Origin: Acutalibacteraceae bacterium
Lineage (GTDB): Bacteria > Bacillota > Clostridia > Oscillospirales > Acutalibacteraceae
DNA: 64,000 bases
Reading direction: 5' to 3'
Assembly (NCBI GenBank): GCA_045531035.1
Contig: JAZSDF010000083.1
Location: 4,837 to 68,836 of the forward strand
Part shown: piece by piece, positions 18,116 to 27,792 of the stretch
Numbering within the stretch: the stretch's first letter is position 1
How the letters are laid out: each line of letters opens with the position of its first letter
Program-made: the position numbers and the translations under genes
Notes under the pieces: model-generated
Databases searched by the model: none
What the model saw: the letters and a program-made list of their open reading frames with translations, nothing else
Told to the model about the DNA's origin: nothing

Positions 18116-19297
18116 TTAATCGTCAAACATTGAATCAAAAAGGGAAGTAATATCATCTTCTTCATCATCAATGATATCCGAATTAATATCTTCAATAGAA
18201 TCAAGATCAATCTTGAAACCTTCAAATTCATCATCATCGTCTTTTTCTTCTTCAATCTCATCTGTTACTTCAGGAAGAAGATTATCAATATCCGATGATA
18301 TTGATTCGGGAATATTTTCGAATTTAAGATCATCTATAAAGCTGAAAAGATCATCTTCTTCATTGGATTCTTGTTCCTCTGTAATGCTTTCGGGAACAAA
18401 TGAAACAGGTTCTTCATCGTCTTCATCAGGAAGAATTATTTCATTTTCAGAATCATCCTCGTCATCTTCAATCTCAAACAAATCATTTTCTGTTTCGTTA
18501 ACAATTTCTTCTTCAATATCAGCTTCAAGGATTTCATCAACTTCAATTTCATTAATTACTTCTTCAGCTTCGTCAATTATCTCTTCAACTGTTTCGTCAT
18601 CTTCAACGGGAACCTGCTCTGCAACTGCGGAAACAGCATTTACAGCAGCGATAAATTCGGGAATTCCGTCAAGAAGACTAAGCTGACCCTTACAGAGTTC
18701 CTGAATAGTCTCTTTAAATTTAAGAGTTTCATTCTTAACTCTTGCAAGTTCTGAAGAATAAAATTCAAAAGATTCTTTGCTTGAGCCGATAATCGCCTGT
18801 CCTTCAGCTTCAGCCTGAGCAATAATCTCTTCAGCCTTTTGCTGCGCAGATTTGATGGTTGTTTCAGTTTCAAGCTGAGCTCTTTCGGTTAATGAAGAAA
18901 CAGCTGTTCTTGCATTGTCAACAATTTCTTTAGCCTTTTCTCTGGCTTCTTCAATTGATTGATTTGCCTGTCTGGTTGCACCGTCAAGAATAATCTTTGA
19001 TCTTGTTTCTGCATCTGTAAGAATATTATCAGCCTTAGTATTGGCATTTTTATTAATTGTATCGGCCATTTTGTGAGCATCGAGAAGTGCAAGCTTAATA
19101 GCCTCTTCATCATTTCTGTAGCTTTCAATTTTATCAGCAAGAATACTGATTTTTTTAATCAATTCCTTATTTTGATTGAGGGATTCATCATATGATTCAG
19201 CGACAGCTTTAAGAAAAGCGTCAACTTCCTCTGCGTTATAAGTGCCCTTGCTTACGGGAGTAAATTTTGCATTCAAAATCTGTTCTGTTCTGAGCAT
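18116..19297 (-). CDS. divIVA: DivIVA-family cell division protein with long acidic tail
   Basis: N-terminal KF...GTYNAEEVDAFL, coiled coil, and position between sepF and lspA. Confidence 0.85.
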   Translation of the reverse strand: MLRTEQILNAKFTPVSKGTYNAEEVDAFLKAVAESYDESLNQNKELIKKISILADKIESYRNDEEAIKLALLDAHKMADTINKNANTKADNILTDAETRSKIILDGATRQANQSIEEAREKAKEIVDNARTAVSSLTERAQLETETTIKSAQQKAEEIIAQAEAEGQAIIGSSKESFEFYSSELARVKNETLKFKETIQELCKGQLSLLDGIPEFIAAVNAVSAVAEQVPVEDDETVEEIIDEAEEVINEIEVDEILEADIEEEIVNETENDLFEIEDDEDDSENEIILPDEDDEEPVSFVPESITEEQESNEEDDLFSFIDDLKFENIPESISSDIDNLLPEVTDEIEEEKDDDDEFEGFKIDLDSIEDINSDIIDDEEDDITSLFDSMFDD

Positions 19298-19321
19298 TTT
19301 TCACACCTATCCTCTCAAAAA

Positions 19322-19816
19322 TTACTGATAAATTTCAGCTTCGGCACCCAGTTCATCAAGAAGCTCGCCCGATACGGGAACATTATAGGGAGTAATTATG
19401 TATGCTCTTCCGGCAACCTTTTTGAAATCACCGTGATTAGCATAAGCAACACCGTAAAGGAAATCGATAATTCTCTGTGAAACGTCATTGGGGCATGTTT
19501 CAAGATTAAGAATTACAATTCTTTTATCATTAAGAACATCAGCAACTTCGCCTACTTCTTCAAATCTGTCAATCTTTCTGAATACAACATGAGGCTTGGG
19601 CTGAGATGCTGTTTTGGATGAATTAATATTTACAACGTTGTTTGAACCTGAAGCTGTTTTTTCGCTTTTGATTTTTGATGTCTGAAACTTCGATTCGGGA
19701 GCAGATGCCTTGGCGGGTTCAAAATCGAAATCATCCGCATAATCCGATTCCGCACTGTCAATATAATCATCATCCGTAACATTAATAAACTGCTTAAGCT
19801 TTTCTTTTAAATTCAT
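19322..19816 (-). CDS. sepF: Cell division protein SepF
   Basis: Motifs VILNLE, RIIDFLYGVAYA, YIITP. Confidence 0.95.
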   Translation of the reverse strand: MNLKEKLKQFINVTDDDYIDSAESDYADDFDFEPAKASAPESKFQTSKIKSEKTASGSNNVVNINSSKTASQPKPHVVFRKIDRFEEVGEVADVLNDKRIVILNLETCPNDVSQRIIDFLYGVAYANHGDFKKVAGRAYIITPYNVPVSGELLDELGAEAEIYQ

Positions 19817-19832
19817 AAGAATTCCTCCTTAA

Positions 19833-20558
19833 TTATCTGTAATTTCTTGAGCCGAAAATTGATGAACCGATTCTGACAAGATTTGCACCTTCCATAATCG
19901 CTTCCTTATAATCTCCCGACATACCCATCGAAAGAACATTCATATGTATATTATCTCTTTTTTTATCGCGAATGTCAATAAAGAGACGATGCATATTTGA
20001 AAAAACAGCCCGAATTTCGGTTTCTTTTTCACAAATAGGTGCAACACACATCAAGCCGTCAATTAAAATCCCTTCAATCTCAGATATTTCACACGCTTTT
20101 TCAAAAACCTCATCATATCCGAAACCGAATTTGCTGTCTTCATTTCCAACATTAACTTCAAGCAATATTTTGGTTATGAAGCCTATTGCCGAAGAACGTT
20201 TGCCGATTTCATTCGCAATTGCTACAGAATCAACAGATTGAACTGTTTCAACCTTACCGACGATTTTTTTTACTTTATTTGACTGCAAGTGACCAATCAG
20301 ATGTGCTTTGCAATTATTCAAATGAAGTTCCGGTTCTTTTAAAAGAAATTCCTGAACTTTGTTTTCACCAATAAGACTTATACCGTTTTTTATGGCATGA
20401 TTTATAAACTTTGCATCAACCGTTTTAGTAACAGCCATAAGGTTAATATCATTAGGACTTCTTCCGGATTTTATTGCAGTCTCAAATATATCGGAACGAA
20501 TATATTTCAAATTCTCTTCAATTGATGAAAAACGTTCATCATCCGATAACCATTCCAT
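19833..20558 (-). CDS. yggS: YggS/YlmE PLP-binding protein
   Basis: Motifs LMAVTK, GENKVQE, IGHLQSNK, LSMGMSGD, VRIGSSIFG. Confidence 0.96.
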   Translation of the reverse strand: MEWLSDDERFSSIEENLKYIRSDIFETAIKSGRSPNDINLMAVTKTVDAKFINHAIKNGISLIGENKVQEFLLKEPELHLNNCKAHLIGHLQSNKVKKIVGKVETVQSVDSVAIANEIGKRSSAIGFITKILLEVNVGNEDSKFGFGYDEVFEKACEISEIEGILIDGLMCVAPICEKETEIRAVFSNMHRLFIDIRDKKRDNIHMNVLSMGMSGDYKEAIMEGANLVRIGSSIFGSRNYR

Positions 20559-21780
20559 CCTTCAATTCCTTTCCCGAGATAATAACCTCGTCATACTGTT
20601 TAAGATGTGTATATGGCAGCTTAATATCGCTGTTTTCACCCGGTTTAACAGCAACAACAAACGAATCCTCAGAGTAGACTATATTTAAGCTTCGGAAATT
20701 TACGATATTTCCTCTGCGAACATACACACCTGTGTTTCCGTTTTCGTCAAGTCTGACAGCATCTCTGTTAACCTTCAGACCGGTATAATTATTGATAACA
20801 ATTTTTCCGTTTATTTTTCTCAATGAAATCAATTCTTCATTCATCAATGTACATCTGAAAACAATCAAAGATTCTTTATCATTTACTTTTTTTACGGAAT
20901 GGAGATAAGTTGAAACCGCATCATCATTTGAATCTCCAAAAATAAGACTTATGGGTTTATCTTTTACAAAAGAAGATGCGTGAACAGACTCGATTACAGC
21001 TGCAATATACCAGTTATATCCATCAATAATTTTACCGATTGAACCGTTAGCAGGATCATTTTTTTCACTTTCAAACGCTTCATTTAACTGTTCAGCAGTA
21101 AGTTCATTAATGTTATCAACGGAAATAATATTTTCAAAACCGTCTTCTTTATTAACATAATATCCCGATGCTTCAGCAGTAATTATCTGTGAAGGAAAAC
21201 TATTTGATGATAAAGCAGAGATTTCATTCTGAATCAGAGCGATTTTATCAGCACAGTCAACGTCTTTATCAAGTGAAATCTGTTTCCTCGAAAGCTTTTC
21301 GCTGAGGGAAAGTTTTATATCTTCCAATCCGCTGAAATCATTATTATAGCTGCAATCAAGAATTCCCTTGTATTCAGAATTGACTTCATCGGTCAGCTTT
21401 TCAAGGTCAATATTCGCCATTTTAAGCTGACCGTCAATTTTTTGATATAAGGAAAGTTTTTTTTCAAGTGCCTGAAGTTCAACATAGTTTTCCGCCGCTT
21501 CTTCACTCGAGAAAACAGCCGCGATTGTACTGCCTTTGCTGACACGTTCGGCATTATTCGCCAACGGAACCGTAACACCTGATGTGGGAACTGTTAAAAC
21601 AGTTTCTTCACGAATAACATACATCCTTGCATCTATTGTATCAAGAACGGTTTGTTCATAAACAGTCTGCGTAGAAAAAGTTTTAGCAGAAAGACTGTAA
21701 ATTTCCGAGGCAAAGAAAACAATAATTATTGCAGCCGCAAGAACAGAAAGAACCTTAAGCAATCTGTCTTTACTTTTCAA
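20539..21780 (-). CDS. Membrane-anchored HlyD-like (barrel-sandwich/coiled-coil) protein of unknown function
   Basis: TTG start after AAGGAG. N-terminal TM, ERVSKG..IA, coiled coil, ITAEASG, C-terminal LKQYDEVI. Confidence 0.7.
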   Translation of the reverse strand: MKSKDRLLKVLSVLAAAIIIVFFASEIYSLSAKTFSTQTVYEQTVLDTIDARMYVIREETVLTVPTSGVTVPLANNAERVSKGSTIAAVFSSEEAAENYVELQALEKKLSLYQKIDGQLKMANIDLEKLTDEVNSEYKGILDCSYNNDFSGLEDIKLSLSEKLSRKQISLDKDVDCADKIALIQNEISALSSNSFPSQIITAEASGYYVNKEDGFENIISVDNINELTAEQLNEAFESEKNDPANGSIGKIIDGYNWYIAAVIESVHASSFVKDKPISLIFGDSNDDAVSTYLHSVKKVNDKESLIVFRCTLMNEELISLRKINGKIVINNYTGLKVNRDAVRLDENGNTGVYVRRGNIVNFRSLNIVYSEDSFVVAVKPGENSDIKLPYTHLKQYDEVIISGKELKDGMVIG

Positions 21781-22723
21781 TTTTCGCTCTCCTTTCCGTT
21801 ATTTCAAGTACAGCTTTGAAGAGTTCATTGCCGCTTGAATAATCATCAATATATAAATAATTCATTCTTGAATCACGTCTGAACCATGTTAACTGACGCT
21901 TGGCGTATCTCCTTGTCTGCATTTTAAGATTTTCAATACATTCATCAAGCGATTTTTCATTTTTAAAAAACGGATCCAGCTCCTTATATCCGATTGCCTG
22001 AGCAGCAGTCCTTCCTATATTTGATTCAAAAAAAGTTCTCGCTTCTTCAAGCAATCCGGATTCAAGCATTATATCAACCCGACGGTTAATTCTTTCATAA
22101 AGAAACTGTCTGTCTCTCGCATCAAGACAAATCGCAGTTACCTCAAACGGAGACGGATTATTACGAGATTCTTCATTCTGCATTGACTTTGTTTTGCCCG
22201 TTGAATGATAAATCTCAAGAGCACGGATTATTCTTCCGAGATTATTTACATGAAGCTCTTTTGCCGACTCCGGGTCAAATTCAAAAAGCATGTTGAGAAG
22301 ATGCTGTGCGCCCTTTTCGTCTGCCTGCTTCTTGAGAAATTCACGGTATTCCAAATCGGTTTCATCAGGAAGAAACTCAATGTTATCCACAAGCGAACTG
22401 TAATATAATCCCGTACCGCCGACAAGAACTGCTTTTTTATTTCTTTGACTAATATCAAAGATAACATCTCTCGCCATATCGCAATATTTAGCAACACTGA
22501 AAGATTCATCAGGAGATAAAAAACCAATCATATGATGTGTTATCCCCTGCATTTCATCGACCGTGGGTTTTGCGGTCGCTATATCCATGCCTTTATAAAT
22601 CTGCATTGAATCGCACGATACAGCTTCTGCACCGTAATACTTGCAGATTTCAACGGCGAGCGAAGTTTTTCCCGATGCGGTGGGACCGACAACGGCAATA
22701 AGAGGTATTTTAGATTCTGCCAA
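21770..22723 (-). CDS. miaA: tRNA dimethylallyltransferase
   Basis: Motifs GPTASGKT, DSMQIY, GGTGLY, YAKRQLTWF. Confidence 0.97.
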   Translation of the reverse strand: MAESKIPLIAVVGPTASGKTSLAVEICKYYGAEAVSCDSMQIYKGMDIATAKPTVDEMQGITHHMIGFLSPDESFSVAKYCDMARDVIFDISQRNKKAVLVGGTGLYYSSLVDNIEFLPDETDLEYREFLKKQADEKGAQHLLNMLFEFDPESAKELHVNNLGRIIRALEIYHSTGKTKSMQNEESRNNPSPFEVTAICLDARDRQFLYERINRRVDIMLESGLLEEARTFFESNIGRTAAQAIGYKELDPFFKNEKSLDECIENLKMQTRRYAKRQLTWFRRDSRMNYLYIDDYSSGNELFKAVLEITERRAKIEK

Positions 22724-24647
22724 AATTCTTCTCCAACTCTCTTTTTGTCATCTCAATAAGCACGGGTCTTCCGTGCGGACAATATCTGATATCGGGCATT
22801 GAAAGAAGCTGTTTTGCAAAACGCTCCATTTCAAGTCTTGATGTGAAGTTGCCTGCTTTTATTGCGCTTCTGCAAGCAACAGAATGGAAAATCCAGTCTA
22901 ATTTTTCAAAAGAAACATCCTGTTTCTTTTCAACAAATCTGCCTGCAATTTCAGTAACAACATCTTCAATATCATCAGCAGAAAGCTCCATCGGGCACTC
23001 CCTGACAATGATACATCCGTTACCGAAATCCTCCGCTTCAAACCCTGCTTTGTTAACTACATCAATGTTTTCAAGAAAAGCCGAATATTCATCCTTCGAA
23101 AGTGTCACGGTGACAGGCAATAAAAGCAGCTGCGGTGAACGTTCTCCGTTTTCTTTTTTAAGCTTTTCATAAATAATTCTTTCATGTGCTGCATGCTTAT
23201 CAATAATTATCATTTTACTGCGGTATTCACACAAAATATAAGTTTTGAAAGCCTCACCAATCAGAGTGAAATCTTCTTCCGAAAACTCGGATTTCGGAAG
23301 CACAGTTTCTTCCGAATAAGAAATGATAGGTGTATCATTTTTATAGACTATATTTTCTTCTTTATGGAGCGAATTATTAAGCAAAACATCTTCAACAATT
23401 TCTTCCGTTTTTAATTCTTCAATCGGTGACGATGCCTTGATTATTTTAGGCGGTTCATCAGAAATTGTTGTTGTTTTTATCGGTTCAATAAAATTAATTT
23501 TCAACGGTGCAGGACTTGGTTTTTCTTCTTTATTTACGGGGATATGCTGCCAAAAATCCTGCTTAGGGGCAGACGGAGTAACAATTCTTATCTGTTCAGC
23601 AGGCTTTTCGGGTTCTTTGAAAAAATCAACTTTATTAATAACCGCCTTCTTCGGTGTATCTCCCGATGAAAGCGCATTTTTACATGCACAGTAAATTGCA
23701 TTGAAAACAGGGCGTTCATCCGAAAATCTGACTTCTGTTTTTGCAGGGTGAACATTCACGTCAACAAGTGAAGGATTAATTTCAATATTAAGCACACACG
23801 ACGGAAATTTTCCGACCATAATTGAATTTTTATAGCCTTCACTTAAAGCTGCACTGCCTGTTCCTGTTTTGATTAATCTGTTATTCAAAAAGAAAAACTG
23901 CATGTTACGGTTAGGCCTTGCGGCAGAGGGTTTTGAAACATATCCGCTGACCTTTATACCCTTATCCGAAAACTCGGCAGGAATCAAATCCGAAGAAAAA
24001 TCTTTTCCGAAAATTTCTCTTATACAAGTTAACAAGTCGCCCTTACCGCTTGTAATAAGCACCTGTTTGCCTTCACGGATAAATCTCAATGATACTTCGG
24101 GATGAGAAAGAGCAATTCTGTCAATAACACTTGCAACAGCGTTAGCTTCGGTAACATCCTTTTTAAGGAATTTCATTCTTGCAGGAGTTTTAAAAAACAA
24201 ATTCCTGACCATAATTGTGGTTCCTTCGGGACAGCCGGCATCGTCAAGAAGAATTTCATCGCCGTTTTCTATAACATATCTTGTACCGATTTCTTCATCT
24301 TCAGTTTTAGTCATAACCTCAACTCTGGCAACTGCACTGACACTTGCAAGTGCCTCACCTCTGAATCCGAGAGTATAAATAGAATTGAGGTCATCGGCGG
24401 TTGAAATCTTGCTTGTTGCGTGGCTTACAAAAGCATTTCTGATATCTTCTCTCGAAATACCGCAGCCGTTATCGGTTATTCTTATGTAAGAAATACCGCC
24501 GTTCTTTATTTCAACGGTTATTTTATCAGCACCGGCATCAATTGAATTTTCAAGAAGCTCCTTAACAACCGAAGCCGGACGTTCAACAACCTCTCCTGCG
24601 GCTATAAGTTCCGCAAGATGCTTCGGAAGAACATTTATTTTCGGCAT
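22710..24647 (-). CDS. mutL: DNA mismatch repair endonuclease MutL
   Basis: Motifs IAAGEVVERPASVVKELLENS, GFRGEAL, DKHAAHER, ACR, CPHGRP. Confidence 0.98.
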   Translation of the reverse strand: MPKINVLPKHLAELIAAGEVVERPASVVKELLENSIDAGADKITVEIKNGGISYIRITDNGCGISREDIRNAFVSHATSKISTADDLNSIYTLGFRGEALASVSAVARVEVMTKTEDEEIGTRYVIENGDEILLDDAGCPEGTTIMVRNLFFKTPARMKFLKKDVTEANAVASVIDRIALSHPEVSLRFIREGKQVLITSGKGDLLTCIREIFGKDFSSDLIPAEFSDKGIKVSGYVSKPSAARPNRNMQFFFLNNRLIKTGTGSAALSEGYKNSIMVGKFPSCVLNIEINPSLVDVNVHPAKTEVRFSDERPVFNAIYCACKNALSSGDTPKKAVINKVDFFKEPEKPAEQIRIVTPSAPKQDFWQHIPVNKEEKPSPAPLKINFIEPIKTTTISDEPPKIIKASSPIEELKTEEIVEDVLLNNSLHKEENIVYKNDTPIISYSEETVLPKSEFSEEDFTLIGEAFKTYILCEYRSKMIIIDKHAAHERIIYEKLKKENGERSPQLLLLPVTVTLSKDEYSAFLENIDVVNKAGFEAEDFGNGCIIVRECPMELSADDIEDVVTEIAGRFVEKKQDVSFEKLDWIFHSVACRSAIKAGNFTSRLEMERFAKQLLSMPDIRYCPHGRPVLIEMTKRELEKNFGRI

Positions 24648-24662
24648 AAGGACCCTCCTTTA

Positions 24663-27266
24663 TCAGTTTTTGGCTTGTTTTGTAAGTTCAAAAAGTACAC
24701 TCATCGCTTCAATGGGTGTCAAAGTATTTACATCAATATCTTTAAGTTTTTCAACTATATCGTTTGCGTTTGTGCTTCCGAATGAAATCTGCATTTCGTT
24801 TTCTTCGGGTTCATAATTATGAACGGGAGCTTTAAGCCCTTCTCCTTCAAGTTCACGAAGAACAACCTTTGCCCTTTCAACAACACTTGAAGGTACACCC
24901 GCAAGCTTTGCTACCTCAATACCGTAACTGCCGTCTGCACACCCCGAAATTATACGGCGAAGGAATGTTATATCATCCCCTCTTTTCTTAACGGCAATAT
25001 TATAATTCTTAACTCCCTGAACAGAGTTTTCAAGTTCGGTAAGTTCATGATAATGAGTTGCAAAAAGAGTTTTTGCGCCGAGTTTTCTTTTATCTGCGGA
25101 ATACTCAAGAACAGCTCTCGCAATACTCATACCGTCAAAGGTAGAAGTACCTCTTCCGATTTCATCAAAAATAATAAGACTCTTTGAAGTTGCATTTTTA
25201 AGAATATCGGCAACCTCGTTCATTTCAACCATAAACGTTGATGAACCCGATGCAAGGTCATCGGATGCACCGATTCTTGTAAAAATTCCGTCAACAACAC
25301 AAAGTTCAGCCGAAAGAGCGGGAACAAAGCTTCCTGCCTGCGCCATAAGTGAAATTAACGCAACCTGACGCATATATGTCGATTTACCCGCCATATTCGG
25401 ACCCGTGATGATTGCACAGCGGTTATCACCGCAGTCAAGAACCGTATCATTGGGAACAAACGGGAAATCAATCATTTTTTCAACAACGGGATGTCTTCCG
25501 TCTGTGACAACAATTCTGTCGCCGGCGTTCATAACGGGACAGCAGTAGTTATTTTCTGATGCGACTCTTGCATATGAACAAAGAACATCTGTTGAAGCTA
25601 CAGCAGATGCTGTTTTCTGAATTTCATAAAGATGCTCTGCTGCCTTTTTTCTGACAGAATCAAATATTTCATATTCAAGACGAACAATTCTTTCCTGAGC
25701 GCCGAGAACCTTTGATTCGAGTTCTTTTAATTCCTGAGTAATAAATCTTTCGCAATTTGTAAGTGTCTGTTTGCGTATGTAATCCTCGGGAACAAGTTCT
25801 TTATATGAATTTGAAACTTCAATGTAATATCCGAAAACACGGTTATATCCGATTTTAAGCTTTTTTATACCCGTTTTTTCCTGTTCTCGAAGCTGAATAT
25901 CCGCAATATAACCTTTGCCGTTCGCTACAATATCACGAAGTGAATCAAGCTCTTCGTTAAATCCTTCTTTAATCATTCCGCCTTCACGGACAGAAAAAGG
26001 AGGCTCATCCACAATTGCACCGTCAATTGTTGCGGCAAGTTCATCAAGAGTAAGGATTTCGTTGCAAATTTCATTCAATAATGTGCTTTTGCAAGAGGAA
26101 AGAAATCCTTTTATTGACGGAAGTCTATTAAGAGTCATCGAAAGACCCTTGAGTTCCCTTGCGTTTGCGGTTGAATATGCAATTCTTGTTATAAGACGTT
26201 CCATATCCTGGCAACCCGTGAGTGATTCAATCAAATCATCTCTGAGAGAAGGATTTTCAACAAGTTCGGAAACAGCATTGTGTCTTTTGGTAATTTTAGC
26301 AATATTAAGAAGAGGTTGTTCAAGCCAGCTTCTTAACATTCTTTTGCCCATCGATGTCTTGGCTTTATCAAGAACCCAGAGAAGAGAGCCTCTCTTTTCT
26401 CTGTTACGCATTGTTTCGGTTATTTCAAGATTACGGAGTGTTGAAACATCAAGACGCATAAAACTGCTTTCGCCGTAATAATCAATATTTTTAATGTTTT
26501 CAAGCTCCGATTTCTGTACTTCTTTGAGATATTTCATTGATGCACCGAGTGCACACACAGCACCGTCTGCATCATTCAATGAAATTTCGGAAAGAGAAGA
26601 AATTTTAAAATGACCTAAAACTGTTGCAGAAGCTTTTGAAATGTCAAAGCTGATATCATCGAGCAAATCGCAAGAAGAACGAAGCTTGGTTTTAACAAAA
26701 TCGGTAACCTGAGTAAGCTTCAGAACATCTGAATTAATAATTATTTCGCTCGGTGAAAATCTTCCGAGTTCATTTATTATTTTCTTCTCGGAATTTTTTC
26801 TTTCAAACTGCGTAAGATGTACGCCGCCTGTGGAAATATCGGCAAAGCATAGACCGACGGTTTTATCGGATGCATAAATGCACGCAAGGAAATTGTTTTT
26901 CCCTTCGTCAAGCATTGTGCTTTCAATGACCGTACCAGGTGTGAGAACACGAGTTACATCCCTTTTAACAATACCCTTTGCAAGAGCAGGGTCTTCAAGC
27001 TGTTCACAGATAGCAACCTTAAATCCCTTTGCAACAAGACGTGCAATATATGAGTCGGCACTATGAAACGGAACACCGCACATGGGTGCTCTTTCTTCCT
27101 GTCCGCAGTCACGGCCTGTTAATACAAGGTCAAGCTCCGCCGAAACCTTTTTCGCATCTTCAAAGAACATTTCATAAAAGTCTCCGAGGCGAAACATAAG
27201 GATAGTGTCGGGATAATTTTCTTTTATCTGGAAATATTGCTTCATCATGGGTGTAAGCTCTGCCAT
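24663..27266 (-). CDS. mutS: DNA mismatch repair protein MutS
   Basis: Start reassigned to MAELTPMMKQY (ATG 27266). Motifs GDFYE, GPNMAGKST, STFMVE, DEIGRGT. Confidence 0.98.
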   Translation of the reverse strand: MAELTPMMKQYFQIKENYPDTILMFRLGDFYEMFFEDAKKVSAELDLVLTGRDCGQEERAPMCGVPFHSADSYIARLVAKGFKVAICEQLEDPALAKGIVKRDVTRVLTPGTVIESTMLDEGKNNFLACIYASDKTVGLCFADISTGGVHLTQFERKNSEKKIINELGRFSPSEIIINSDVLKLTQVTDFVKTKLRSSCDLLDDISFDISKASATVLGHFKISSLSEISLNDADGAVCALGASMKYLKEVQKSELENIKNIDYYGESSFMRLDVSTLRNLEITETMRNREKRGSLLWVLDKAKTSMGKRMLRSWLEQPLLNIAKITKRHNAVSELVENPSLRDDLIESLTGCQDMERLITRIAYSTANARELKGLSMTLNRLPSIKGFLSSCKSTLLNEICNEILTLDELAATIDGAIVDEPPFSVREGGMIKEGFNEELDSLRDIVANGKGYIADIQLREQEKTGIKKLKIGYNRVFGYYIEVSNSYKELVPEDYIRKQTLTNCERFITQELKELESKVLGAQERIVRLEYEIFDSVRKKAAEHLYEIQKTASAVASTDVLCSYARVASENNYCCPVMNAGDRIVVTDGRHPVVEKMIDFPFVPNDTVLDCGDNRCAIITGPNMAGKSTYMRQVALISLMAQAGSFVPALSAELCVVDGIFTRIGASDDLASGSSTFMVEMNEVADILKNATSKSLIIFDEIGRGTSTFDGMSIARAVLEYSADKRKLGAKTLFATHYHELTELENSVQGVKNYNIAVKKRGDDITFLRRIISGCADGSYGIEVAKLAGVPSSVVERAKVVLRELEGEGLKAPVHNYEPEENEMQISFGSTNANDIVEKLKDIDVNTLTPIEAMSVLFELTKQAKN

Positions 27267-27296
27267 GATACTACCATACCTTTCAAAAACTTCTGC

Positions 27297-27317
27297 GGGG
27301 CTGCTTTTAGCAGCCCC
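27297..27317 (-). other. GC-rich stem-loop between ylbF and mutS (weak terminator or stability element)
   Basis: GGGGCTGC-N5-GCAGCCCC without an immediate U-tract. Confidence 0.45.
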
Positions 27318-27328
27318 TGAATTACAAC

Positions 27329-27739
27329 TTAGTGGCAACCGCTGCAGGACGAACATTCACCGCCGCAGTTATGCTCCTGAGGAGGCTCACATGTTGCGGG
27401 GTCTTCACCCTGAAGGCAAAGAGCAAATATGCCGTTGATATACTGCATGAGCTTATCAATTTCTGCTCTTGCAGCTTCATAAGCCTGCATATTGGGATTG
27501 GCCATAATCTGTGTATAGATTTCGCCAAACTCCTTGTCATATGCTTCAAGCTTCTGCTCATTTTTGTCTTCCTTTGTTGCTTCATGCTGGAATGACATTT
27601 GTACAAGCTGAATTCTTGCGATAAGCTCGTTAAGAGTTGTATCCTCTTCGTTAGCCTTCTGTGCTTCCATGAGCTTTGTGTAACGCTCGTCCTGCTGAAG
27701 GAGTGCGCCAAGCTCTCTTGCTTTTGCAATTACGTCCAT
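27329..27739 (-). CDS. YlbF/YmcA (Ric) family regulator with Cys-rich tail
   Basis: Helical Com_YlbF-type sequence in the miaB-ymcA-mutS synteny; C-terminal CGGECSSCSGCH. Confidence 0.85.
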   Translation of the reverse strand: MDVIAKARELGALLQQDERYTKLMEAQKANEEDTTLNELIARIQLVQMSFQHEATKEDKNEQKLEAYDKEFGEIYTQIMANPNMQAYEAARAEIDKLMQYINGIFALCLQGEDPATCEPPQEHNCGGECSSCSGCH

Positions 27740-27792
27740 TTTTGTTTCTCCTAACTGAAATTTTTTATAATACGATAAACGTACGTATTAAC

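Noticed and set aside
18171-18686. 171-aa Ser-rich plus-strand ORF
   Set aside because: Mirror of the GAA/GAT-rich acidic DivIVA tail (TCA/TCT codons on the opposite strand).
25915-26478. 187-aa ORF antisense to mutS, and similar antisense ORFs within ftsK, polA and pheT
   Set aside because: Shadow ORFs fully inside well-supported genes.
27267-27356. N-terminal extensions in the ORF track for MutS (also YgiQ, GH43, RimI, MetK and the 11504 protein)
   Set aside because: They overlap upstream genes or terminators, and downstream starts have proper SD sequences. No evidence of frameshifts or fusions.
27322-27729. 135-aa alternative-frame ORF overlapping the YlbF gene
   Set aside because: The YlbF frame has the RBS, family motifs and synteny; the alternative frame has none.
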